A stretch of DNA of 64,000 nucleotides from a bacterium (GTDB taxonomy: Bacteria > UBA8248): contig CBDCRP010000003.1 of NCBI GenBank assembly GCA_965221165.1, positions 1,120,001-1,184,000 of the forward strand, written 5' to 3'. Positions within the stretch are counted from its first letter, which is position 1. Each line of letters opens with the position of its first letter. The notes beneath the pieces were generated by a model. That model was not told the origin of the DNA. It ran no database searches and saw nothing but the letters and a program-made list of their open reading frames with translations. The position numbers were made by a program, and so were the translations under genes. Of this stretch, positions 21,975-32,572 are shown piece by piece.

Positions 21975-24245
21975 TTGCGGAGAGACGCCTCGAAAATTCA
22001 TCTCCCAAAGAGGATCACTTCGTTGTTGCCCCGGTCCCGACGCGGAAAAATAGTCCTTCTCGTACTGGGCGTTCTGGCCGTTGTATGCGGAATGGGAGCC
22101 GGCGCGGGCTTTAGTTATCTATATGATTTTCCCGAACTCGAGCGTCTCCAAAATTATAAACCCAACACCATCACGCGTATTTACGCCCGCGGGGGTGAAC
22201 TTCTCGCGGAATTGTACCAGGAAAGAAGAAAGCCCATTCCTTTAAAACAAATCCCTACCACGCTACGCCAAGCATTTCTGGCCATAGAAGACAGCCGCTT
22301 TTATGACCACCCGGGAGTCAGCTATCCAGATATTTTCCGGGCGTTCATCAAAAACCTTCGAGCGGGCCATTTCGTGCAGGGGGGCAGCACCATTACCCAA
22401 CAATTGGCAAAAGTTCTCTTTTTAACGCCTGAGAGAAAACTCAAGCGAAAAATTCGAGAAGCGTTAATGGCCCTTGAGATTGAACGGCGCTTCACGAAAG
22501 ATGAAATACTCGAATTTTATCTGAATCAAATCTACCTCGGCAGCGGAGCGTACGGGGTGCAGGCCGCCGCCCAAATCTATTTTGGGAAAACGGTCGCTCA
22601 ACTCACGCTGGCCGAATCCGCCATGATCGCCGGACTGCCCAAGGCGCCCACACGGTTTAATCCCAAAACCAACCCCGAGAAAGCGCTGAGGCGACGCAAT
22701 TTGGTATTCACAAGAATGCGGGCATCCGGCTTTATCACCGCTGAGCAAGAAAAAATCGCCCGCGAAGAGCCAATCCGACTCGTTCCCCGGGTGGCCAATA
22801 TCGTACCCGAAGCCGCATATTTCATTGAAAAAACACGCATCAGCCTCAGCCGCAGGTATGGACAGTCCCTCTACAAAAGCGGTCTGGAGATTCATACGAC
22901 CATTGACATCGGCTTACAGAAAATTGCGCATCAAGCGCTCATCAACGGGGTTGAAAAAATAAACCAAAGGCGCGGATTCATGAACCCTGGAACGAAAATG
23001 AAGAGGCCGCCACGCCTGGGGGATGGGTTCCAATTTCGCATCCTCGATATCACGGGAAACATGGTGAGCGGGCTCATCGGAAACTATGAAGCCGAGATGC
23101 TTCTTCCCGAACGCATCGACCCCAAAAGGCTTAGAGAAGGAGATTTGCTTTTGGGCCGCGTGATCAAGGTGGACCGCAGCTCGAAAAAGCTCTTCTTGGA
23201 ATGGCAAGAAACCGTACAAGGCGCCGTCATCGCATTCGACTCCAAAACCGGAGCGCTCCGCGCCCTGACGGGAGGGACCAACTTCCGTCGCTTCCCGTTC
23301 AACCGGGCCACGCAGGCGCATCGTCAGCCAGGCTCGGCTTTCAAGCCCATCATCATGGGGACAGCCCTGTCTCAGGGCTACACGCCTGCGCACATTCTCA
23401 TGGATACCCCCTTTGTCCGCCGTATGCCGGGCACGCTAAAGGATTGGAAACCCAGGAATTACACCAACAAATTCTATGGTCCCGTCACCATGAGAAAGGC
23501 CCTGCAGTCTTCACTGAACCTGGCCACCATCAAGCTACTGGACCAGATGGGGCCGCAAAAAGCGATCACGTTCGCACATCGGATCGGCATCCGCTCGAAA
23601 ATGAACCCGTATCTCTCCCTGGCGCTCGGCTCCATCGAGGTGACGCCATACCAATTCACGGCCTCATACATTCCATTCGCCATGCAGGGCGTATATGCGC
23701 GGCCCTATGAAATCACGAAAGTCACCGACGGAAGAAACCGGATACTGGAGGAGAACGTTCCCACAACGCATCTCGCCATCACGCCCGAGGCGGCCTATCA
23801 ACTAAAAATGTTGCTGCGCGGCGTCATTACGCATGGAACCGGAAAAAAAGCCAAAAAGATCGGCACATTTCTGGCGGGAAAAACAGGCACGACAAACGAG
23901 TATCGAGACGCCTGGTTCATCGGCTTCTCGGAAGACCTCGTCTTGGGAGTCTGGGTGGGCCGTGACGACAACAAGCACATGGGCTACCGGGCTTCGGGCG
24001 GAAGCGCGGCCTTGCCGATATGGATCGATGTGATGAAAGGCTGGCTCGAAGGCGAAGAATCAGAAGTCCGTCTCCCCGAGCCGCCACCGGGTATCACCTT
24101 GGTGAAGGTGGATTCGCGTTCAGGGCATTTACCCTCGACATGGTGCGAAGGGGAACCGATACTGGAAGCCTTTGTGGAGGGGACGGAACCCTCCGAGCAT
24201 TGTCCTAAGAAATCCCGCCTGCCGGCGATATTGAGCGACGGTTGA
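21975..24245 (+). CDS. mrcA: Penicillin-binding protein 1A (transglycosylase/transpeptidase)
   Basis: N-terminal TM, EDSRFYDH, QGGSTITQQL, SAFK, SLN, KTGT motifs. Confidence 0.93.
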   Translation: MRRDASKIHLPKRITSLLPRSRRGKIVLLVLGVLAVVCGMGAGAGFSYLYDFPELERLQNYKPNTITRIYARGGELLAELYQERRKPIPLKQIPTTLRQAFLAIEDSRFYDHPGVSYPDIFRAFIKNLRAGHFVQGGSTITQQLAKVLFLTPERKLKRKIREALMALEIERRFTKDEILEFYLNQIYLGSGAYGVQAAAQIYFGKTVAQLTLAESAMIAGLPKAPTRFNPKTNPEKALRRRNLVFTRMRASGFITAEQEKIAREEPIRLVPRVANIVPEAAYFIEKTRISLSRRYGQSLYKSGLEIHTTIDIGLQKIAHQALINGVEKINQRRGFMNPGTKMKRPPRLGDGFQFRILDITGNMVSGLIGNYEAEMLLPERIDPKRLREGDLLLGRVIKVDRSSKKLFLEWQETVQGAVIAFDSKTGALRALTGGTNFRRFPFNRATQAHRQPGSAFKPIIMGTALSQGYTPAHILMDTPFVRRMPGTLKDWKPRNYTNKFYGPVTMRKALQSSLNLATIKLLDQMGPQKAITFAHRIGIRSKMNPYLSLALGSIEVTPYQFTASYIPFAMQGVYARPYEITKVTDGRNRILEENVPTTHLAITPEAAYQLKMLLRGVITHGTGKKAKKIGTFLAGKTGTTNEYRDAWFIGFSEDLVLGVWVGRDDNKHMGYRASGGSAALPIWIDVMKGWLEGEESEVRLPEPPPGITLVKVDSRSGHLPSTWCEGEPILEAFVEGTEPSEHCPKKSRLPAILSDG

Positions 24246-24279
24246 AATCTAGCTTCCCGTTATGAGGCCGCTCCGGCCA

Positions 24280-25239
24280 TTAGTCGCCGAAAATCGCTTC
24301 GATGAAAGCATCTGCATCAAAATCAATGAGGTCTTCCACCGATTCACCCACGCCGACATATCTTATGGGTATGCCGCTCTCATAAGTGGCGCCCAACACC
24401 ACGCCGCCCTTGGCCGTACCATCGAGCTTGGTGAGCACAAGACCCGTTACGCCCAAGGCGGGGCCAAACTCCCGCACTTGGGAGAGCACGTTTTGCCCCG
24501 ATGTCGCGTCCAACACGAGCAGCACCTCATGGGGCGCGGTATCGATGAGGCGCTGCGTCACGCGTCTGAGCTTCTTTAATTCTTCCATGAGATTCTTTTT
24601 CGTATGCAAGCGCCCCGCCGTATCCACAAGCAATACATCGACGCCACGCGCCCTCGCAGCCTGAACTGCGTCATATACCACGGCGGATGAGTCCGCTCCC
24701 TCCTGGTGACGAACAATCTCGCATCCACTTCTCTCCGCCCATATCGTCAACTGCTCTCCGGCCGCGGCGCGAAACGTATCCCCCGCCGCGAGCATGACCT
24801 TATGTTTTTCGGCCGAGAAGCGCGATGCGAGTTTTCCCGCCGTCGTCGTCTTGCCCACACCATTGACTCCCACCAGCAAAATGATTTTTGGCTCCCCGAC
24901 AGGAGGATCCTGCGGCGCAAACGCAGGTGGGCATGCCGGGTTTTCAAAACATGAGCGCATGATTTCCTTCACACGCGCCTTCGCATCCATCCCCGTTCCC
25001 TCTCCCGTTTTCAGTCTTTCCAGCAGCGCCTCGACGAGGAGAGGACCCAAATCCGCCATATAGAGAACTTCCTCCAATTCCTCGAGCGTATCCTCATCAA
25101 TGCGTCCCGCCAGCAAGCCCTGCACCCGGGCGAGAAAACCCCCTCTCGTCTTCGCAAGGCCATCGCGCAATTGACCGAACCAGCCTCTTGCGCCGGCACC
25201 CTTCTCTGCGCTTTCTTTCTTCCCGGAACCAGACGTCAA
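24280..25239 (-). CDS. ftsY: Signal recognition particle receptor FtsY
   Basis: GVNGVGKTT, DTFRAAA, DTAGR, TKLDGTAKGG motifs. Start probably TTG 25239 after GGAGG. Confidence 0.96.
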   Translation of the reverse strand: MTSGSGKKESAEKGAGARGWFGQLRDGLAKTRGGFLARVQGLLAGRIDEDTLEELEEVLYMADLGPLLVEALLERLKTGEGTGMDAKARVKEIMRSCFENPACPPAFAPQDPPVGEPKIILLVGVNGVGKTTTAGKLASRFSAEKHKVMLAAGDTFRAAAGEQLTIWAERSGCEIVRHQEGADSSAVVYDAVQAARARGVDVLLVDTAGRLHTKKNLMEELKKLRRVTQRLIDTAPHEVLLVLDATSGQNVLSQVREFGPALGVTGLVLTKLDGTAKGGVVLGATYESGIPIRYVGVGESVEDLIDFDADAFIEAIFGD

Positions 25240-25335
25240 AGATATTTCCTCCGGCGCACTCCACGCAAAATCAACCCCGGCGCCAGTGCACCGGGGCAAT
25301 ATCCAGCAAAATCTTTCTTGAAAATACGGGTAATG

Positions 25336-28300
25336 CTACACCTGCGATTCCAGCACCGCTTCCCCTACACCATTTACCCTTGTATCCTCGCGGTTCAGTT
25401 TTACGGAGACGATTTCCGAAACACCTTTCTCTCTTTGCGTTACCCCGTAAAGTTGATTCGCAAACGACATGGTCTTTTTATTATGGGTGATGATAATGAA
25501 CTGGCTCCGATCCTCGAGTTCGCCTATCACTTCCCGAAAACGTCCGACATTGGCGTCGTCCAGGGTGGCGTCCACCTCGTCGAGAATGCAAAACGGGCTC
25601 GGCCGAACGCTGAAGACCGCGAACAACAAAGAAAGAGCGGTGAGCGCCTTCTCCCCAGCGGAGAGGAGCATGATGTTCGATGGACGCTTGCCCGGTGGCC
25701 TCACCTCAATGTCGACGCCCGTCTCCAGGGGGTCATTCGGATCGAGTAAGTACATGCGCGCCTCACCACCCTGGAAAAGGCGGCCAAAGATGTCTGCGAA
25801 GGCATTGCCCACCTCCTCGAACGCCGCCAAGAAACGGGATCTCGTCGTCTTGTTCAGTCTCTCGATCGTGGCGTGGAGATCGGTGATGGAGTTTTCCAAA
25901 TCCTGGCGCTGTTCTTGTAAGAAGACATATTCCTGGTTGATTTCATCATATTCTTGCGCGGCCAGAGGATTCACCTCCCCCATGCGGGAAAGCCTTTGAT
26001 TCAGCATCTCCAGGCGATTGACAATCTCCTGATACTCGGGCATCTCTTCGCGCCGACTCTCCGCCGTCTCCTCAAGATTGACCTCATATTCCACTTTGGC
26101 GGATTCCACCATGGATTCTCGTTGGACGCGGAGCGTCGTCCGCCGCTCCGCCGCCACGCTTACCGCAGTATTCAGATCGGAGGAGCTCTCCTTCGTCTCG
26201 CGAATCGAATCGCCCAGTTCCTCATCACGTGATTGCACTTCCCGCAAAATGCGATCACGCTCGGCCTGCTCGGCTTCCACTTTGGCTTTCTCATCCTGAA
26301 GAGTGAGGATTTCCCCTTTGCTTTGCGCGAGGCTCTCTTCAAAGCGTTTTCTTTTATCTTTCGATTCGCGCTGTTCTTCTTCTCTGCGAATTTTGCGGGC
26401 TGAATTCTGGGATATCCCCTCCTCAAGCCGTTGGACCTCGGCCCGACCACCTGCCACCTGCCCGTTGATTTCCGTCATGGCGACTTTTTTGTCCGTGACA
26501 CGCACCTCTACTTCTGAATATCGTCGGCTGGCGTCACCCACCTTTCTCTCGATATCCTCAACACGCGAGGTGAATTCCTGAATTGCTTCTTCCGAGCGGA
26601 GACTTTCGTCTTTGGCCGCCTGGAACGCCTCTACGAGACGCATCTGCTCCACGCGAATCTCCTCTTGCGTGGACTCGAGCGCGACCAGCCGTTTTTGCAA
26701 TTCCTCGCGCTTATCTTCCATCAAGCGGAGGGTTCCCTCCGCCTCCACGCGCATCACCTCGGCCCGTTGATTCGCCTCAGTCGCATGACGGCTTCTTTGC
26801 TCCGCTGTTGTGAGTTGCTCGCTCATTTTTTGGGAGCTCGGAACCAACTCGAGAAGTTGCTCTTCGAAATGTTCAGCCTTCAGGCGCATCTCCTCACATC
26901 TTCTGGAACGCTCCAAAAAACCTTCGTTTCGAGTCAAACCGCCTTCCACCGCACCGTTTGCGTGAATAATTTCACCACCCAAAGTCACACATACGACGCC
27001 TTGCGGCCCATTGCACCATGCCGCCTGCGCGGCATCGATATCCGCCACCACAACAACATTCCCGAGCAGCGATTGAATGAGGGGCCGATAATCCGCATTG
27101 CAACGAACAAAATCCGCCGCCGCTCCCAGAACTCCCTCTCCCAGCGGAACGACGGCACCCGGCTGAACACCCACTTCCATCGGCAGAACCACACCTCGCC
27201 CGGCTTCCGAACCCATCAGCGTACGAACCGCATTCACCGCATCACCCGGAGTCTTCACCACCACACCCAGCAATTTATCACCAAGTGCCGTTTCGATGGC
27301 TTTTTCAAATTTCGGGTCGACTCGAATGACGTCGGAGAAAGACGCCAACACCTGAGCACCGCAAGATCTGAACACCTCCATATCCGCTATTCCGCTTTCG
27401 CCGGAGTCAAGAAGCCCTTCCAAAGCCAAGAGTGCGGATTTTGCCTCCATCAAAGACTCTTTCGTCTCAGCCACGGATTCTTCGTGGCGGCTCAACGACT
27501 CGGATGTTCTCGCACACTCGGACATTGACTGTTCAAGCTCTTGTTTTGCGTGGCTTTCAGATGCAACCAGCGATTCCACCCGGCTTCTCGCAGCATCTAC
27601 ATCGGCCTGGGTCGATTCAATTTGACGCTTGATTCTCTCGGCCTCGTCGTCCATCTTCTCCGTGGACTCGGCCAGCCCTTCGCGTCTCGATTCGATGGAG
27701 GCAATCTGCTGACGCGCCACGCTCAAACGCTCCCTTTCCTCTCCTTGAGCGCACCTGGCCTCATCAAGCGCCCGCTCGAGTTCTCTCAAACTCTCACGAA
27801 CAGCGGCCAGTTCCGCTGCACTGACTTCATACTCCTGGCGCGCAAGGCCCGATTGTTGCGTAAGCGTCTCAAGCGTTGAGGAAAGCTTGATTCTCGCATT
27901 CTTCAAGACCGTGGTTTCAGCGTCGAGAGTCTGAATTTCCTCCGCGCGACGCTCATCTTCCGCATCGAGTTCCGCGAGGCGGCTGCCAAGCATCTCGGTT
28001 CGGTTCTCCAGACGCTGAAGGCAACCCTCCACCTCTACTGCACGGCGGCGGGATTCCGCCAATGCCTCTGAGCGCTCGGCAATCAAAATGCGCCCTTTTT
28101 CCCTATCGGTTTCAAGGGAAGATATTTTCGCCAAAACCGCTTGTTCTTCTTCTTTGACGCGGTTATACGATTTTTCCGCCGGAACAAGCTCATCGACAAG
28201 TTTGAGGTAGTCGAGCGCCATGATTCTGGTGGCAAGATCGGCAATCTCGGTTCGGTATTCCTTGTGAAACGTCGCTTTTCTCGCCTGGCGGCGCAAAGAC

Positions 28301-28920
28301 CGCAGGCGGGTCTCTTTCTCACGCATGATGTCGGCCACACGCAGCAGATTCGCCTGCGCAAGCTCCAATTTCCTCAATGCTTCGTTCCGCCTGCTCTTGT
28401 ACTTCATGATACCGGCGGCCTCTTCAATCAGAATCCGCCTATCTATGGGCCTGGCGTTTACGAGAGTCTCGATCTTGCCCTGCTCCACGATGGAGAAGGT
28501 GTCGAGAGAAACACCTGTGTCGAGAAACAAATCGACAATATCTTTGAGTCGGGAGGGATTACGATTGATGAGATATTCACTTTCCCCGGAGCGATACAAT
28601 CGCCGGGTAACCACCACTTCGTCAAAATCCTTGAATGTCGGAGAGGTCACTACGCCTTTGAGATCGGTGATGGTAAGCGAGACCTCGGACATTCCGAGTT
28701 GTTTGCGCTCGGCGCTTCCATTGAAGATGACGTCTTCCATCTTCCTGGATCGCATGTTTTTCGGCGCCTGCTCACCCAGAACCCACCGAACGGCATCGCA
28801 TACATTGCTTTTGCCGCATCCGTTGGGTCCGACCACAGCCGTAAGACCATCACCAATTTCGATCACGGTTTTGTCAACGAAGGACTTGAACCCCTGCATC
28901 TCCAAGCGTTGGAATCGCAA
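25336..28920 (-). CDS. smc: Chromosome segregation protein SMC
   Basis: GFKSF, GPNGCGKSN, coiled coils and hinge, LSAGEK, LDEVDA. Start probably TTG 28920 after GAGGTG. Confidence 0.96.
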   Translation of the reverse strand: MRFQRLEMQGFKSFVDKTVIEIGDGLTAVVGPNGCGKSNVCDAVRWVLGEQAPKNMRSRKMEDVIFNGSAERKQLGMSEVSLTITDLKGVVTSPTFKDFDEVVVTRRLYRSGESEYLINRNPSRLKDIVDLFLDTGVSLDTFSIVEQGKIETLVNARPIDRRILIEEAAGIMKYKSRRNEALRKLELAQANLLRVADIMREKETRLRSLRRQARKATFHKEYRTEIADLATRIMALDYLKLVDELVPAEKSYNRVKEEEQAVLAKISSLETDREKGRILIAERSEALAESRRRAVEVEGCLQRLENRTEMLGSRLAELDAEDERRAEEIQTLDAETTVLKNARIKLSSTLETLTQQSGLARQEYEVSAAELAAVRESLRELERALDEARCAQGEERERLSVARQQIASIESRREGLAESTEKMDDEAERIKRQIESTQADVDAARSRVESLVASESHAKQELEQSMSECARTSESLSRHEESVAETKESLMEAKSALLALEGLLDSGESGIADMEVFRSCGAQVLASFSDVIRVDPKFEKAIETALGDKLLGVVVKTPGDAVNAVRTLMGSEAGRGVVLPMEVGVQPGAVVPLGEGVLGAAADFVRCNADYRPLIQSLLGNVVVVADIDAAQAAWCNGPQGVVCVTLGGEIIHANGAVEGGLTRNEGFLERSRRCEEMRLKAEHFEEQLLELVPSSQKMSEQLTTAEQRSRHATEANQRAEVMRVEAEGTLRLMEDKREELQKRLVALESTQEEIRVEQMRLVEAFQAAKDESLRSEEAIQEFTSRVEDIERKVGDASRRYSEVEVRVTDKKVAMTEINGQVAGGRAEVQRLEEGISQNSARKIRREEEQRESKDKRKRFEESLAQSKGEILTLQDEKAKVEAEQAERDRILREVQSRDEELGDSIRETKESSSDLNTAVSVAAERRTTLRVQRESMVESAKVEYEVNLEETAESRREEMPEYQEIVNRLEMLNQRLSRMGEVNPLAAQEYDEINQEYVFLQEQRQDLENSITDLHATIERLNKTTRSRFLAAFEEVGNAFADIFGRLFQGGEARMYLLDPNDPLETGVDIEVRPPGKRPSNIMLLSAGEKALTALSLLFAVFSVRPSPFCILDEVDATLDDANVGRFREVIGELEDRSQFIIITHNKKTMSFANQLYGVTQREKGVSEIVSVKLNREDTRVNGVGEAVLESQV

Positions 28921-29059
28921 ATTCAACACCTCGGCGGGCGAATGAACTTCATTTTCAGGGGGCGGTCTGAAATAACACAAGGGCGGTAGGAATCAATAAG
29001 TTACCAGAATTCTCCCGTATCCGCAAAGGAAAAATATCGCATTCCCGGAATCCGGTGCG

Positions 29060-29737
29060 CTAGGCTTCTCCGATCTTATGAACGGCTTCCTTCGCGGCCA
29101 CCTGCTCGGCCGCCTTTTTGGTCGTGCCCTGCCCACATCCCATTACCTTACGACCAAGACGAACCTCGACCTCGAATTCTTTTTCGTGTTCAGGGCCGCT
29201 CTCTCGAACCAGACGATACCCGGGCTGCTTATCTCCATTTTTTTGAGCCAAACGCTGAAGCCGGCTTTTGAAATCCTGCGATAGGACATCTTCCTCATTC
29301 AGGCCCGGAGACCAGAACCATGATTCCGCCCATTGCGCGCAACGCGCATAACCGGCATCGATATATATGGCGCCGACCAACGCCTCGAATGCTCCCGCCT
29401 GGATGGAGGGTTTCTTTCGGCCACCCGTTTTCTCCTCCCCTTTGCCCAAGCGAAGGAATTCCCCCAACCCACGACGCCAAAAAACGTTCGCCAAAGAGCG
29501 CCCGTTCACCCGTTCTGATCGCAGGTGCGTCAAGACACCCTCATCATCCATCGGAAAATCCTTCCAGAGTTTTTCCGTCACGATGAGTTGCAAGACTGCA
29601 TCGCCTAAAAATTCCAGGCGTTCATTGTCTGAAGCGGGAGTCGAGCTTTCTTGAGAAAAAGAGCGATGCGTCAGGGCCTGGACGAGGAGTTCCTTATCTA
29701 AAAACGAATAGCCGATCTGGGTTTCGATTTCATCCAG
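29060..29737 (-). CDS. rnc: Ribonuclease III (start codon uncertain)
   Basis: ALTHRS, NERLEFLGDAVL, C-terminal dsRBD (KSRLQ, GPEHEK). The track start at 29917 is inside fabF; CTG 29737 is proposed instead. Confidence 0.93.
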   Translation of the reverse strand: MDEIETQIGYSFLDKELLVQALTHRSFSQESSTPASDNERLEFLGDAVLQLIVTEKLWKDFPMDDEGVLTHLRSERVNGRSLANVFWRRGLGEFLRLGKGEEKTGGRKKPSIQAGAFEALVGAIYIDAGYARCAQWAESWFWSPGLNEEDVLSQDFKSRLQRLAQKNGDKQPGYRLVRESGPEHEKEFEVEVRLGRKVMGCGQGTTKKAAEQVAAKEAVHKIGEA

Positions 29738-29801
29738 GGTGATGCCCCCTGCACCGAAACCAGAGAACTTCCCGTTTCCATTGACGGTGGAACCACTCTT
29801 T

Positions 29802-31079
29802 TTAAGCCGCGTCGTTTTCCGCTTTTTTGAAGAGGAGCGACGCGTTGGTTCCCCCGAAACCGAACGAATTTGTGAGGGCACAGTCGATGTCCGCTTCCCG
29901 GGCAGAATTGGGCACATAGTCGAGATCGCATTCCGGGTCTGGGTTATCCAGATTGATGGTGGGAGGAATGCACTGGTTTTTCAGTGCCAAGATGGTGAAA
30001 ACCGATTCCACGCCTCCCGCCGCGCCCAGAAGATGCCCAGTCATTGATTTTGTGGAACTTACACTGAGTTTGTAGGCATGCTCGCCAAATGTTCTCTTGA
30101 TGGCTGTCGTTTCGAGTTTGTCTCCCGCGCCGGTGGATGTGCCATGCGCGTTGATGTAATCCACATCCTCGGGCGCAAGCCCCGCATCATTCAGCGCCAT
30201 GCCCATGCAGCGGGCCGCCCCGTCACCACCCGGGTCTGGAGAGGTAATGTGGTGGGCGTCGGAAGTCAATCCGTAGCCGCTGAGTTCGGCGTAAATATCC
30301 GCACCTCGCGCTACGGCATGTTCATAACGCTCCAGGATCATGACGCCCGCTCCTTCCGCCATCACGAATCCATCCCTGTCCACATCAAAAGGACGGCTCG
30401 CCCCCTCGGGGTCATCGTTGCGGGTGCTGAGTGCTCGCATCGCGCAAAATCCTGCCATGGCCAACTCCGTGATACACGACTCACTCCCACCGGCCACCAT
30501 GACATCGACCACGCCGCGTTGGATGCACTTCATCGCGTCCCCGATGGCGTGATTCCCGGACGCGCACGCCGTCGTAGTGCAAACGTTCGGTCCTTTTAAT
30601 CCCCAACGCATCGAAACCTGACCGGCGGCCAAATTCCCCAATAACATGGGAATGAAAAAAGGGCTGATGCGTGTCGGGTCTCTGCTGTCCAATATCTTCT
30701 TATTTGCCTCGATGGCAGGCAAACCGCCCAAACCGACACCAATGATGGTGCCGTATCTCGGCGCAAATTCCTTGTCCGGGGCTTCCAGGCCTGCACCATC
30801 GAAGGCCATTTGAGTGGCCGCGATAACGTACTGTATGAAAGTGTCCATTCTCTTGAGTTCTTTGCGGCTAACGTAATTCTCAGGTTCAAAACCTTTTACC
30901 TCACCGCTGATCCGCGACGTCAAGCGATCCGAAGTAAATCGAGACACTTTACTGATACCCGAGCGGCCCTGCATCAAGGCTCCCCAGTTCTCATCCACCG
31001 ACAAGCCCAGCGGCGTAAGCAGCCCGAGTCCCGTAACGACAACACGAACATCCGACCTTAATAAACCTTGACTATCCAT
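29802..31079 (-). CDS. fabF: 3-oxoacyl-ACP synthase II
   Basis: VVVTGLG, TACASG, NAHGTST, KSMTGHLLGAAG, NSFGFGG motifs. Confidence 0.97.
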   Translation of the reverse strand: MDSQGLLRSDVRVVVTGLGLLTPLGLSVDENWGALMQGRSGISKVSRFTSDRLTSRISGEVKGFEPENYVSRKELKRMDTFIQYVIAATQMAFDGAGLEAPDKEFAPRYGTIIGVGLGGLPAIEANKKILDSRDPTRISPFFIPMLLGNLAAGQVSMRWGLKGPNVCTTTACASGNHAIGDAMKCIQRGVVDVMVAGGSESCITELAMAGFCAMRALSTRNDDPEGASRPFDVDRDGFVMAEGAGVMILERYEHAVARGADIYAELSGYGLTSDAHHITSPDPGGDGAARCMGMALNDAGLAPEDVDYINAHGTSTGAGDKLETTAIKRTFGEHAYKLSVSSTKSMTGHLLGAAGGVESVFTILALKNQCIPPTINLDNPDPECDLDYVPNSAREADIDCALTNSFGFGGTNASLLFKKAENDAA

Positions 31080-31114
31080 GCTTCCTCTTCAATTTGCTGA
31101 CGGACGAGGTTTCG

Positions 31115-31357
31115 TTAATCTCCAGGCACTTTGGAGATATAGTCATACGCATCCTGAACCTTGGAGATTTTCTCCGCTTCTTCATCGGGTATTTCAATAC
31201 CGAATTTCTCCTCAAAAGCCATGACGAGTTCTACGGTATCCAACGAATCTGCTCCCAGATCATCGGTAAATGAAGCTTCCGGAACTACCTTTTCAGGCTC
31301 CACGCTCAACTGCTCAACGATAATCTCTTTTATTTGTTCTTTGATATCATCTGTCAC
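31115..31357 (-). CDS. acpP: Acyl carrier protein
   Basis: [18 protein letters not shown] motif. Confidence 0.97.
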   Translation of the reverse strand: MTDDIKEQIKEIIVEQLSVEPEKVVPEASFTDDLGADSLDTVELVMAFEEKFGIEIPDEEAEKISKVQDAYDYISKVPGD

Positions 31358-31528
31358 GCCAATTCCTCCGAAAATCTTTCTCTCAAACCGGTATTGAGTT
31401 GTCTTTTCGACAAGAACATGGACTCAATACTCTTTTCACATGATCAGGGCATTCATTCCGAATTCCATAAACCTGTTTCCGCTTTTGCACATCCAGACTT
31501 CAACAATCATCATACACAGGCATGAAAT

Positions 31529-32467
31529 TCAGTTGAACTCGCCCAAGGCCGAAGCCGTTTGCTCCAGACTCCGCGTATCTTCCACATTGTGCACTGGTAT
31601 ACCCTTCAATATCCGCTTATTCAATCCTGAGAGCACTCTCCCGGGACCCAATTCGACCATCACATCGGGTTTTTCCTCGCCTGCCGCGCGCACAGCATCC
31701 TCCCAGCGCACGGCGGAGCAAATTTGCCGTTTGAGCAATTCTTTTACTCGTTCTCCCTCCCGCACGGGTTGGGCGGTCACATTCGCATAGACGGGGATCG
31801 AAGGAGCGGCGATATCCACTTCGTCGAGAACTTCACTCATACGCTCCGCCGCTTCGCTCAGCAAAGAACAATGAAAGGGCGCTCCCACCGGAAGCATGAC
31901 AACCTTCCCGACCCCCTTGTCTTTCGCCAAACGCGCGGCGGATTCCACCGCATCCCTGTCTCCCGACAAGACATATTGGCCGGGGGCATTATAATTTGCA
32001 ACCTCCACCACACCTTCGACTTCCCCGCAAATGGCTTCGGCAACTTCTCTCTGTATGCCGAGCAGGGCCGCCATGGCGCCGCCCCGTTCGGGGACGGCCT
32101 CGTACATGAAGCGGCCTCTTTTCTTCACCAACTCGACGGAGGTCTGAAAATTGATGGCCCCGGACGCCAGCAGGGCGGAATATTCCCCCAAACTGTGCCC
32201 CAAGGCGAGAGAAGGGCCGAAGCCGCACTCGCGCAGCAGGTTGCAGGCGATATGGCTATGAACCAGAATCGCGGGCTGGGTGTGACAAGTGAGCGTCAAC
32301 TCCGACTTGGGGCCTTCAAAACTGAGCTTGGTGAGGTCCCATCCCAAAATATCACTCGCCTGTTGATAGGCTTCTCGCGCAAGCGGGTATTCATCATAGA
32401 ACTGCTTGCCCATGCCAACATATTGCGAACCTTGGCCTGGAAACAAATACGCAATCTTCACACCCAT
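31529..32467 (-). CDS. fabD: Malonyl-CoA:ACP transacylase
   Basis: FPGQGSQ, GHSLGEY, APFH motifs. Confidence 0.96.
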   Translation of the reverse strand: MGVKIAYLFPGQGSQYVGMGKQFYDEYPLAREAYQQASDILGWDLTKLSFEGPKSELTLTCHTQPAILVHSHIACNLLRECGFGPSLALGHSLGEYSALLASGAINFQTSVELVKKRGRFMYEAVPERGGAMAALLGIQREVAEAICGEVEGVVEVANYNAPGQYVLSGDRDAVESAARLAKDKGVGKVVMLPVGAPFHCSLLSEAAERMSEVLDEVDIAAPSIPVYANVTAQPVREGERVKELLKRQICSAVRWEDAVRAAGEEKPDVMVELGPGRVLSGLNKRILKGIPVHNVEDTRSLEQTASALGEFN

Positions 32468-32572
32468 CTCAAAACCCTTGCCAACGGCATGAACGGCGAA
32501 GCTTTAATCTATTATGCTCGCGGATAAAACAGGGCGGGGGGTAAAGCAAAATCCTTGCGTGCACTCATATCA

